Under the pieces are notes generated by a model. It made no database searches. It was not told the DNA's origin and was given only the letters and a program-made list of their open reading frames with translations. From the NCBI GenBank assembly GCA_965223795.1, contig CBDCXL010000002.1, forward strand, positions 1,344,001-1,408,000: 64,000 bases of DNA. The letters run 5' to 3'. How positions within the stretch are numbered: the first letter of the stretch is position 1; the number at the start of each line of letters is the position of its first letter. Source of the DNA: Nitrospinales bacterium (GTDB taxonomy: Bacteria; Nitrospinota; Nitrospinia; Nitrospinales; VA-1). Position numbers and translations under genes: made by a program. Shown piece after piece: positions 24,424 through 33,601 of the stretch.

Positions 24424-26031
24424 GTGAAACCCAAAGGATACCTCGCCCTGGTCCTGCACGCGCACCTGCCTTTCGTGCGCCATCCGGAATACGATGAGTT
24501 TCTGGAAGAGGACTGGCTGTATGAAGCGATCACCGAAACCTACATCCCGCTGATCAACGTGTTCGACGGCCTGGTGCACGACCGGGTGCCGTTCAAGCTG
24601 ACGATGACGCTGACGCCGACGCTGCTCTGCATGCTGAGCGACCCGCTTTTGCAGAGCCGCTACCGGCGCTTTCTCGATAAATCCATCGAGCTGTCCTGCA
24701 AGGAGCTCGACCGGACGCGGTTTCAGCCGGAGTTCCACCGCACGGCGCTGCTCTACCACTGGCGTCTCGGGCAGGCGCGGGAGACCTTCGTCAACCAGTA
24801 CCAGAACAACCTGATCACGGCGTTTAAAAAGTTTCAGGACCTGGGGCATCTGGATCTCATCACCTGCGGCGCGACGCACGGCTACCTGCCGATCATGAAC
24901 CTCAAGCCGGAAGCGGTGCGGGCGCAGATCCAGACGGCGGTGGCCACGCACGAACGCTTTCTGGGCGCAAAGCCCAGGGGCATCTGGCTGCCGGAGTGCG
25001 GCTACACGCCCGGCGTCGAACGGCACCTGGAAGAGGCGGGCATCCGCTTTTTCTTCACCGACACGCACGGCGTGCTGCACGCCGCGCCGCGGCCGCGCTA
25101 CGGGGTGTTCGCGCCGATCTACTGCGCCAACGGGGTGGCGGCGTTCGGCCGCGACGCCGAATCGTCCAAGCAGGTGTGGAGCGCCAAGGAAGGGTATCCC
25201 GGCGACGCGAATTACCGGGAGTATTACCGCGACATCGGTTTCGACCTGGACTACGACTACATCCGCCCCTACATCGCCGCCACCGGCGAGCGCAAGATGA
25301 CCGGCTTCAAGTACCACCGCATCACCGGCGAAACGGACGAGAAAGCGCCGTACGACCCGGACCGGGCGGTGGCCAAGGCCGCCGAGCACGCGGGCAATTT
25401 CATGTACAACCGCGAAAAGCAGGTGGAGCATCTGGCCGGGGTGCTGGGCAGGCCGCCGCTCATCGTCGCGCCTTACGACGCGGAGCTGTACGGCCACTGG
25501 TGGTTCGAGGGTCCGGACTGGCTCAATTTCCTGATCCGCAAGATCGCCTTCGACCAGGACACGATCGCGCTCACCAAGCCTACCGACTACCTGCGCGAAT
25601 TTCCCACCCACCAGGTGGCGGAACCGGCGGAATCGAGCTGGGGCTACAAGGGCTTCCACGAATACTGGCTGGGCAACCCGAACGACTGGATCTACCGGCA
25701 CCTGCTCAAGGGCGCCGAGCGCATGGTGGAGCTTACGCAGCGCCACCCGCACGCGGCCGGGATCACGGAGCGGGCGTTGAACCAGGCGGCGCGCGAGCTG
25801 CTGCTCGCCCAGGGCAGCGACTGGGCCTTCATCATGACTTCGGGAACGATGGTGGAGTACGCCGTCAAGCGGACGCAGGACCACTTGAACCGCTTCAACG
25901 GGCTGTACGAGAGCATCCTCAACGGCAACGTCGACGAACGCTGGCTGGGTGAGCTGGAACGGCGGGACAACGTGTTTCCGAACATCGATTACCGGGTGTA
26001 TTCTCCCCTGGAGCGTGCGCAGGCGGCGTGA
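24424..26031 (+). CDS. GH57 1,4-alpha-glucan branching enzyme (DUF1957)
   Basis: LHAHLPFVRH, ETYIPL, GIWLPECGY, PYDAELYGHWWFEG and ELLLAQGSDWAF. Confidence 0.93.
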   Translation: MKPKGYLALVLHAHLPFVRHPEYDEFLEEDWLYEAITETYIPLINVFDGLVHDRVPFKLTMTLTPTLLCMLSDPLLQSRYRRFLDKSIELSCKELDRTRFQPEFHRTALLYHWRLGQARETFVNQYQNNLITAFKKFQDLGHLDLITCGATHGYLPIMNLKPEAVRAQIQTAVATHERFLGAKPRGIWLPECGYTPGVERHLEEAGIRFFFTDTHGVLHAAPRPRYGVFAPIYCANGVAAFGRDAESSKQVWSAKEGYPGDANYREYYRDIGFDLDYDYIRPYIAATGERKMTGFKYHRITGETDEKAPYDPDRAVAKAAEHAGNFMYNREKQVEHLAGVLGRPPLIVAPYDAELYGHWWFEGPDWLNFLIRKIAFDQDTIALTKPTDYLREFPTHQVAEPAESSWGYKGFHEYWLGNPNDWIYRHLLKGAERMVELTQRHPHAAGITERALNQAARELLLAQGSDWAFIMTSGTMVEYAVKRTQDHLNRFNGLYESILNGNVDERWLGELERRDNVFPNIDYRVYSPLERAQAA

Positions 26032-26261
26032 ACCGGCGGCATTTCGGCATTCCCATCTGCACCGGGAGCGGCGGCGAGAACGGGCGCGGATTTGAGCCGG
26101 ACCGGATTCTGCGTTATAATTGAATTCTTTCCGGGCATCCTTAAGGGCTCCTCCATCATTGCGATTGGCCACGAGCGACCCTTATACAACAAGGGACCGC
26201 GCGCTGCCTGACAAAGAAACGTCGAATGGTTTGAGGTCCTTTTAATTTCCACGGTTCCACC

Positions 26262-27455
26262 ATGAAATACCTGATCGTCGTCGCCGCCGGATTGACCGAC
26301 AAGCCGGTGGCGGAAAAGGACAACCAAACGCCGCTCATGCTCTCGGAGACGCCGAATCTGGACCGGCTGGCCCGCATGGGCTGTGCGGGGACGGTGCAAA
26401 CGATTGCGGATTCGTTCGACGCGGGCGAGGACGTGTCGCTGTTGTCGCTTTTAGGCTACGAGCCGGAAACGCATTACATCGCGCCGGCGGTGCTGGAGGC
26501 GCAGGCCCTGGGCGTGGACATCGGCGACGGCGAGGTGCCGGTGTGCTGCGATTTCATCCAGCTGCAGTCGAGCCACAACGACATGGTGATGAAGGACTTC
26601 ACCGGCGGCAACATGACCAATGAGGATGCCAGCCTGCTTCTGGAAGCGCTGCAGGACCAGATCGAGGAGGCGCAGTTTCACGCCGGCGCGGGGCCGCGCA
26701 ACCTGATGGTGATCGAAAGCCCGCCGCTGAACGGCAAGCTCAATCCGCCCAACGAGCTGATCGGAGAAGGCATCCGCCAGTTTCTGCCGGAAGGGGAGGA
26801 GTTCAAGGAACTGGTCTACATCATGAACCAGGCGCAGATCATCCTGCACAACCATCCCTTCAATCAGGAGCGGCAGCGTCAGGGCAAGGACACGATCAAC
26901 AGCGTCTGGCTGTGGGGAACGGGTTCCGCGCGCAAACTGCCGCCGTTTCGGGAACGGTTCGGCAAGTCGGGCGCGGTGGTCACGTCTTCGCTTTTGTTCA
27001 CGGGAATGGCGAAATCGGCGGGTCTGCATCCGGTTTTTCTGAAGCCGTCGCCCGCATCCCCGCAGGAACGGTTTCGCGAAGCGGTGGCGCGCACGCGCGA
27101 GGAAATCGACACGCACGATGTGGTCTACCTGCACATCGAGGACGCGGACACGCTTTCCCTGCTGGGCAACATCGACGACAAGATCCTCGCCATCGAGGAT
27201 TTCGACAGCGAGGTGATGGGCCCGCTGCTCGATCTTGTGGAATCGCGCGGGGACGTGAAACTGCTGCTGACCGTCGGCCACGTGGCGTCGGTGGTGAACA
27301 TGAAATACACGAAGGACAAGGTTCCGTTTCTCGCCTATCCGGCGCAGGCGGCGAGCGGGCTGGACGCGTTCGACGAATCGTTCATGGCGGACGCCGCGCA
27401 GCATTTTTCCGGCGGGCCGGCGCTGGCCGGGGCTTTTTTGGAGGACCGCCTGTAG
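26262..27455 (+). CDS. Cofactor-independent phosphoglycerate mutase (ApgM)-like protein with degenerate catalytic residues
   Basis: TPL..TPNLDRLA, LSLLGY, NSVWLWG and YLHIE scaffold; the phospho-Ser and most metal ligands are substituted. Confidence 0.8.
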   Translation: MKYLIVVAAGLTDKPVAEKDNQTPLMLSETPNLDRLARMGCAGTVQTIADSFDAGEDVSLLSLLGYEPETHYIAPAVLEAQALGVDIGDGEVPVCCDFIQLQSSHNDMVMKDFTGGNMTNEDASLLLEALQDQIEEAQFHAGAGPRNLMVIESPPLNGKLNPPNELIGEGIRQFLPEGEEFKELVYIMNQAQIILHNHPFNQERQRQGKDTINSVWLWGTGSARKLPPFRERFGKSGAVVTSSLLFTGMAKSAGLHPVFLKPSPASPQERFREAVARTREEIDTHDVVYLHIEDADTLSLLGNIDDKILAIEDFDSEVMGPLLDLVESRGDVKLLLTVGHVASVVNMKYTKDKVPFLAYPAQAASGLDAFDESFMADAAQHFSGGPALAGAFLEDRL

Positions 27456-28732
27456 TGGCTTCCCTCATCGTGCAAAAATACGGCGGCACGTCCGTCGGGT
27501 CCATCGAACGGATCAAGGCGGTGGCGCAGAGGATCGCGCGCACGCGCGAGTCGGGCAAGGACATCGTCGTGGTCGTCTCGGCGATGGCGGGGGAAACGGA
27601 CAAGTATCTGAAAATGGCGCACGCCATCACCGACTCTCCGGAACGCCGGGAAATGGATCTGCTGCTGTCCTCGGGCGAGCGGATCTCAAGCGCGCTTCTG
27701 ACCATGGCGCTGCACGCCATCGGCTGCCCCGCCGTGTCGATGACCGGCAGGCAGATCGGCATTCTGACCGACGACACGCACACGCGGGCGCGCATCCGGC
27801 AGATCGACGCGGAACGCTGCATGGCAGTGCTCAAGAAAAACCACGTCGTCGTGGCGGCGGGGTTTCAGGGCATCAACCAGCACGGCGACGTGACGACGCT
27901 GGGACGCGGCGGCTCGGACACGTCCGCGGTGGCGCTGGCCTCGGTGCTGCAGGCGGAACGGTGCGAGATCTACACGGACGTGACCGGGGTGTTCACCGCC
28001 GATCCGAACCTGGTGCCGGACGCGAAGAAGCTGGAGGTGGTGTCCTACGAGGAGATGCTGGAGATGGCCAGCCTGGGCGCCAAGGTGCTGCAGCTGCGCT
28101 GCGTGGAGTTCGCGAAAAAATTCAACATGCCCCTGATCGTGCGGTCTTCCTACAACGATGAGAAGGGGACCCTGATCACCAAGGAGGACCCGAATATGGA
28201 ACAGCCGGTGGTTTCCGGTATCATGCACGACAAAAACCAGGCCAAGATCACGGTGGCGGGGGTGCCGGATCAGCCCGGCATCGCGGCCAATCTGTTCGTG
28301 GCGCTGGCCGAGGCGTCCATTTCGGTGGACATGATCATCCAGAACATCAGTGAGGACGGGCAGACCGCCATCTCGTTCACGGTGACGACGGAGCACCTGA
28401 ACGACGCCATGAAGGTGACGCAGGCGGTGGCCAAGGAGATCCACGCGCATGAAATCACCGCCGATTCGGACATCTCGAAAATCTCCATCGTCGGCGCGGG
28501 CATGAAGAGCCATTCGGGCATCGCCGCCACGATGTTCAAAACGCTGTCGGAAGGAAACATCAACATCATGATGATCAGCACGTCGGAGATCAAGGTCTCC
28601 TGCGTCATCGAGCAGAAACACACCGAGACCGCCGTGCGCGCGCTGCACGACGCGTTCGAACTGAAATCCGGACCGGCGCTTGAGTTCAGCGGCAAACTCA
28701 GCTCGCCGGAAAGCAACATGAAGACGCTGTGA
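27455..28732 (+). CDS. lysC: Aspartate kinase
   Basis: [22 protein letters not shown] and two ACT domains ([10 protein letters not shown]); GTG start overlaps the upstream TAG. Confidence 0.96.
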   Translation: MASLIVQKYGGTSVGSIERIKAVAQRIARTRESGKDIVVVVSAMAGETDKYLKMAHAITDSPERREMDLLLSSGERISSALLTMALHAIGCPAVSMTGRQIGILTDDTHTRARIRQIDAERCMAVLKKNHVVVAAGFQGINQHGDVTTLGRGGSDTSAVALASVLQAERCEIYTDVTGVFTADPNLVPDAKKLEVVSYEEMLEMASLGAKVLQLRCVEFAKKFNMPLIVRSSYNDEKGTLITKEDPNMEQPVVSGIMHDKNQAKITVAGVPDQPGIAANLFVALAEASISVDMIIQNISEDGQTAISFTVTTEHLNDAMKVTQAVAKEIHAHEITADSDISKISIVGAGMKSHSGIAATMFKTLSEGNINIMMISTSEIKVSCVIEQKHTETAVRALHDAFELKSGPALEFSGKLSSPESNMKTL

Positions 28733-28734
28733 CG

Positions 28735-30318
28735 ATGAGACACATTGTAATCTACGACACCACGCTCAGAGACGGATCGCAGTCGGAGGAGATCTCCTTC
28801 ACGGTGGAGGACAAGATCCGCATCGCGCATCAACTGGACGAGCTCGGGGTGCATTACATCGAAGGCGGCTGGCCCGGGTCCAACCCGCGCGACATCGATT
28901 TTTTCAAGCGCATCGCCCATTCCAGGTTCAAGCAGGCGAAGATCACCTCTTTCGGCAGCACGCGCTACCCAGGCAAGAACGTCGAAAAGGACGTCCTCAT
29001 GCAGGCGCTGCTGGAGACGGAAACCGAGGTGGTGACGATCTTCGGCAAGTCCTGGGACATGCAGGTGAAACACGCGCTGGGGACGGACAAGTCGGAAAAC
29101 CTGCGCATGATCACCGAAAGCCTCGCCTACCTTAAAAAGCATTTCACAGAAGTGCTGTTCGATGCGGAGCATTTCTTCGACGGTTACAAAAGCGATCCGG
29201 AATACGCACTGAAGGTGGTGCGTGAGGCGGAGTCCGCGGGCGCCGACTGGATCGTGCTGTGCGACACCAACGGCGGCACCATGCCCTGGGAGATCCGCGA
29301 GATCACCACCGCGGTCAAGGGCACGCTGAAAACGCGTCTGGGCATCCACTGCCACAACGATTCGGAGCTTGCGGTGGCGAACTCGCTCAACGCCGTGCAG
29401 GCGGGCGCCGACCAGGTGCAGGGCACGGTCAACGGTTTCGGCGAGCGCTGCGGCAACGCCAATCTCATCTCGCTCCTGCCCAACCTGAAAATCAAGATGG
29501 GGCTGGACTGCATCTCCGACGCGCAGCTCAAGCGGCTCAAGGAGGTGTCGGCGTTCGTCAACGAGCTTTCCAACAAGGCGCACTGGAACCATCAACCGTT
29601 CGTGGGCCAGAGCGCGTTCGCCCACAAGGGCGGCGTGCACGTGAGCGCGGTGCAGAAAAACCCGGAGACCTACGAGCACATGGATCCCGAAGCGGTGGGC
29701 AACCACCGGCGCATTCTGATCTCGGACTTGTCGGGAAAGAGCAATATCCTCTACAAGGCGAAGGAATTCGGCATCGATGTGAACGGCAGCGACCCCAAGA
29801 TCAAAAGCATCCTCAACACGCTGAAATCGATGGAAAATCTGGGTTACCAGTACGAAGGCGCGGAAGGGTCGTTCGAGCTTCTGATGCACGAGGCGCTGGG
29901 GGACAAGGAAGTGTTTTTCGATTTCGTCGGATTCCGCGTGATCGTCGAGAAACGCCGGGAGGATGAAGAACCCATCTCGGAAGCGACGGTCAAGATCCGC
30001 GTCAACGGCGTGCAGGAAGTGACGGCGGCCGAGGGCACGGGCCCGGTGAACGCGCTGGACAAGGCCATCAAAAAAGCGCTGATCAAGTTTTATCCGCAGC
30101 TGGAAGAGGTCAATCTCTACGACTACAAGGTGCGCATCCTCGATGAAAAAAAAGGCACGCGCTCCAAAACCCGCGTGCTGGTGGAATCGGGCGACCCGCA
30201 CTGCAAGTGGGGCACGGTCGGGGTTTCGGAAAACATCATCGAAGCGAGCTGGCAGGCACTGGTCGACAGCATCGAATACAAGCTCAACGCGTTTTCCAGG
30301 AAAAACGACTCCCCGTGA
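28735..30318 (+). CDS. cimA: Citramalate synthase (LeuA-like)
   Basis: [39 protein letters not shown] and [15 protein letters not shown]. Confidence 0.92.
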   Translation: MRHIVIYDTTLRDGSQSEEISFTVEDKIRIAHQLDELGVHYIEGGWPGSNPRDIDFFKRIAHSRFKQAKITSFGSTRYPGKNVEKDVLMQALLETETEVVTIFGKSWDMQVKHALGTDKSENLRMITESLAYLKKHFTEVLFDAEHFFDGYKSDPEYALKVVREAESAGADWIVLCDTNGGTMPWEIREITTAVKGTLKTRLGIHCHNDSELAVANSLNAVQAGADQVQGTVNGFGERCGNANLISLLPNLKIKMGLDCISDAQLKRLKEVSAFVNELSNKAHWNHQPFVGQSAFAHKGGVHVSAVQKNPETYEHMDPEAVGNHRRILISDLSGKSNILYKAKEFGIDVNGSDPKIKSILNTLKSMENLGYQYEGAEGSFELLMHEALGDKEVFFDFVGFRVIVEKRREDEEPISEATVKIRVNGVQEVTAAEGTGPVNALDKAIKKALIKFYPQLEEVNLYDYKVRILDEKKGTRSKTRVLVESGDPHCKWGTVGVSENIIEASWQALVDSIEYKLNAFSRKNDSP

Positions 30319-30329
30319 CACGGGGCGCA

Positions 30330-30522
30330 CCGCCGGGCCCCGCCCGGTGGGAACCGGTCAAACCGCCTCGCACAAACCAATCCCGCATCGGCACACTTTA
30401 AAGATTGCCTTCGCGTGCGGACGCGTGCCGCCGGGCCCCGCCCGGTGGGAACTGGTCAAACCGCCTCGCACAAACCAATCCCGCATCGGCACATTTCAAA
30501 AATAGAATTTGCGTACGGATGC
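30330..30522 (+). repeat. Two tandem copies (98-bp period) of the post-stop-codon repeat family
   Basis: CCGCCGGGCCCCGCCCGGTGGGAACYGGTC-N30-GGCACA at 30330 and 30428; the first ~65 bp are nearly identical. Confidence 0.9.
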
Positions 30523-30736
30523 TTACTTGCGCTCCGCTGCTTTCCTCTCATCTCTCCACATTTTTAAATTTGAATTGGAATGAACCGCAGTGCTGCGCTC
30601 ACGTTTGCAGCCGCTGATCGCATTTGCCCCGCCTTCGGGAAAAATCGCCCTTTCAATAATTATAATTAACTGTTAATATAATTCTAATTTTACTTCTTGG
30701 GATTTACTGCCATCCCAGTCACCCTCTCGCCTTGCC

Positions 30737-33598
30737 ATGACCGAATCCAGGACGGAATTCGATCGCACGCCTGCCGCGACCCTCGATTTTGATTCCAGGG
30801 AAAGCGCCCTTTTGTCCCCCACCCTGTTTCTCTACTGCTTCACGTTGCTGCTGCTTGCCGGTATCGGCTGGTTCGGATATCAAAATGTGCTGAAGGAGTT
30901 GAAACAAAATCTCGGCACCCAGCTTGAGACCACGCTGTCCGCCAACGTGGAGTCTTTGAAAATCTGGATTGAAGACAAGAAAACCGATGCGGAGATCCTC
31001 GCCGCGCAGCCGGAAATCCGGGAAAAGATCCTGTCTCTGGTGGCGCTTTCAAAAACCAATGACATGCCAGCGGAAGCGTTGAAGCAAACTCCGGAACTGA
31101 TCTGGCTGCAACGGCATCTGGGTGCGGCGTGCGAAAAATACGGCTTCATCGGCTTTGTGGTTCTGGACAGCACCGGATATCAGGTCGGATCGCTGCTGGA
31201 GGAACCGGTGGGCAAACGCCAGCTCATCGAAAAGTCGGATTTTTTTTACCGCTCTCTGCAGGGCGACACGGTGCTGTCGCATCCGTTTCCGGGCGAAGTG
31301 CCACTGCCGGATAAAAACGGAAAGTGGCGGGAACACTGGCCCACCATGTTCGCCTCGACACCCATCCGCAATGCGGAAAACCAGGTGGTCGGCGTGCTCG
31401 GTTTCAGAGTGCGGCCGGAAACCGGCTTCACGCATGTGCTGGAGGTGAGCCGGTTCGGAAAGACGGGAGAGACCTTCGTGTTCGACGACACCGGCCTGCT
31501 GCTTTCCAACAGCCGCTTCACGGAGGAACTCAAATCCCTGGGTCTGCTGCCTTCGATCTCAAGCGACAATGCGATCCTGGGCATCCGGCTCAGGGTACCC
31601 GCAATGAACAGCAACCGCAATAGCGGCACAAGCCCCCTCAACCTGGATGCACGCCCGTTCACCCGCATGACGGCGAGCGCGGTTCAGGGAAAATCCGGAC
31701 TGGATGTGGACGGTTATATCGATTATAGGGGCCGGAATGTGGTGGGAGCCTGGACCTGGATTCCGGAATACTATTTCGGGATGGCGACGGAGATCGAAGT
31801 GGCGGAAGCCTTCGCCCCCATTCACAGTCTGATGCAGGGATTTATCCTGATGTTCGGGCTTTTGCTGGTGGCTTCCGCGGTGGCCGGCGGGCTGCGTTGG
31901 CGTCAAACCCGTATCGAGCAGGATCGCAACCGCGCCTGGGAGCGTTTTAAGGAAAGCGAAACATGGAGACACTCCCTTCTGGATAATGTGATGCACGCCA
32001 TCATCACGATCGATCCACACGGCATCGTCCAGTCGTTCAATCCCGCGGCGGGAAAGCTTTTCGGTTACCAGGAAAAGGAAATCCTCGGCGCCAATGTGAG
32101 CACGCTCATGCCGGAGCCCCACCGGTCGCGGCACGACGGCTACCTGGAACGGTACCGGACAACGGGGGAAGCGCATATTCTCGAAAAGGTGATCGAAATT
32201 CAGGGCCGGCGCAAGGACGGCTCGTTGTTCGATCTGGAGATCGCGGTGAACCGTATCACCACCGGCAAGGGATATTTTTTCACCGGCATCATGCGCGACA
32301 TCACCGAACGCAAGCAGGCGGACGCCAAGCTCAAATCCCAGGCCCAACAGCAGGCCTGTGTGGCCGAATTCGGAAAGACCGCTCTGGCGGGCGCCGACCC
32401 GGTGGCGCTGATGTCCGAAGCGGTGGGCCTTCTCAAACGAACACTGAATGTGGAGTTCGCTCAGGTCCTGGAACACGATGCGGATACCGGCACCTTCACG
32501 ATTCGCGCTTCATCAGGATGGGAACACGGTGTGCAGGGAACGACCGGCATTCCCGGAGGCAACCGGTCCCAGGCAGGGTACACGCTTCAATGCGGCAAGC
32601 CGGTTATCGTGGAAGATCTTGCCAATGAAACCCGGTTCAGCACACCTCGTTTTCTCCGTGAACACGGAGTGAAGAGCGGGATGAGCGTGCTCATTCAAGC
32701 CGGCAATGTGCCTTTCGGCGCGATGGGCGTGCACACGACCCGGCGAAGAATGTTCACGGAAGACGACATCCATTTTCTGCAGGCGGTGGCGAACGTGCTG
32801 GCGACCGCCATTGAGCGCAAAAAATCCGAAGAACGGCTGCAGCATTACGCCCATGAACTGGAGCGCAGCAACTCGGATCTTGAGGATTTCGCCTCCATCG
32901 CCTCGCACGATCTGCAGGAACCGTTACGCAAAGCCATGCTGTTCGGCGACCGCATCAAGATGACGGGCTCTTCGGTCAGCGAGGACAACAGCATCCGCTA
33001 TGTCGAGCGCCTGCAGCAATCGATGCATAAGATGAAAGACTTCATCAACGACCTTCTGCTTTTTTCGCGCGTCACCCGGCCGGACAAGCCCTTCGAACCG
33101 GTCGATTTGAACGCGGTGCTTGTGGAAGTGACCGCTAGCCTGGAAGAAACGATCCAAAGCTCACAGGGAACGGTGCAGGTCGAGCCCCTTCCCACCGTGC
33201 CGGGAAACCGCGCGCAACTGGAACAGCTGTTTCAGAACCTGGTGTCGAACGGGTTGAAATACTGCCGACGCGGTGAGGTTCCCAACGTGGAGGTGCGGCT
33301 TCGGAAAGACGGTCCGGATGAATGCGAAATCGTGGTTCAGGATCACGGCATCGGCATCGACCCCCGATACCATGAAAAAATATTCAAACCCTTCGAACGC
33401 CTGCACAACGAGCGGGAATACAGCGGCAATGGCATCGGCCTGGCTATCTGCTCCAAAGTGATCAAGCTGCACGCCGGCAGGATTGAAATAGAAAGCCCGG
33501 CTGAAGGCGGGACCGCGTTCATCGTGCGGCTTCCCAAAAAAAACGTGGCGCCGGTCCCGCCGGTTCGCCCCGCAGTCAGCTCCCCTCGTTCGGAATAA
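30737..33598 (+). CDS. Membrane sensor histidine kinase (Cache-like, PAS, GAF, HisKA, HATPase)
   Basis: Two TMs around a periplasmic domain, FixL-like PAS, GAF, H-box ASHDLQEPLR, QNLVSNGLKY, DHGIGI and GIGLAI. Confidence 0.92.
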   Translation: MTESRTEFDRTPAATLDFDSRESALLSPTLFLYCFTLLLLAGIGWFGYQNVLKELKQNLGTQLETTLSANVESLKIWIEDKKTDAEILAAQPEIREKILSLVALSKTNDMPAEALKQTPELIWLQRHLGAACEKYGFIGFVVLDSTGYQVGSLLEEPVGKRQLIEKSDFFYRSLQGDTVLSHPFPGEVPLPDKNGKWREHWPTMFASTPIRNAENQVVGVLGFRVRPETGFTHVLEVSRFGKTGETFVFDDTGLLLSNSRFTEELKSLGLLPSISSDNAILGIRLRVPAMNSNRNSGTSPLNLDARPFTRMTASAVQGKSGLDVDGYIDYRGRNVVGAWTWIPEYYFGMATEIEVAEAFAPIHSLMQGFILMFGLLLVASAVAGGLRWRQTRIEQDRNRAWERFKESETWRHSLLDNVMHAIITIDPHGIVQSFNPAAGKLFGYQEKEILGANVSTLMPEPHRSRHDGYLERYRTTGEAHILEKVIEIQGRRKDGSLFDLEIAVNRITTGKGYFFTGIMRDITERKQADAKLKSQAQQQACVAEFGKTALAGADPVALMSEAVGLLKRTLNVEFAQVLEHDADTGTFTIRASSGWEHGVQGTTGIPGGNRSQAGYTLQCGKPVIVEDLANETRFSTPRFLREHGVKSGMSVLIQAGNVPFGAMGVHTTRRRMFTEDDIHFLQAVANVLATAIERKKSEERLQHYAHELERSNSDLEDFASIASHDLQEPLRKAMLFGDRIKMTGSSVSEDNSIRYVERLQQSMHKMKDFINDLLLFSRVTRPDKPFEPVDLNAVLVEVTASLEETIQSSQGTVQVEPLPTVPGNRAQLEQLFQNLVSNGLKYCRRGEVPNVEVRLRKDGPDECEIVVQDHGIGIDPRYHEKIFKPFERLHNEREYSGNGIGLAICSKVIKLHAGRIEIESPAEGGTAFIVRLPKKNVAPVPPVRPAVSSPRSE

Positions 33599-33601
33599 AC
33601 G

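Noticed and set aside
26110..26261. Lysine riboswitch upstream of the apgM-like/lysC operon
   Set aside because: Only a small hairpin is present and the conserved L-box core was not seen.
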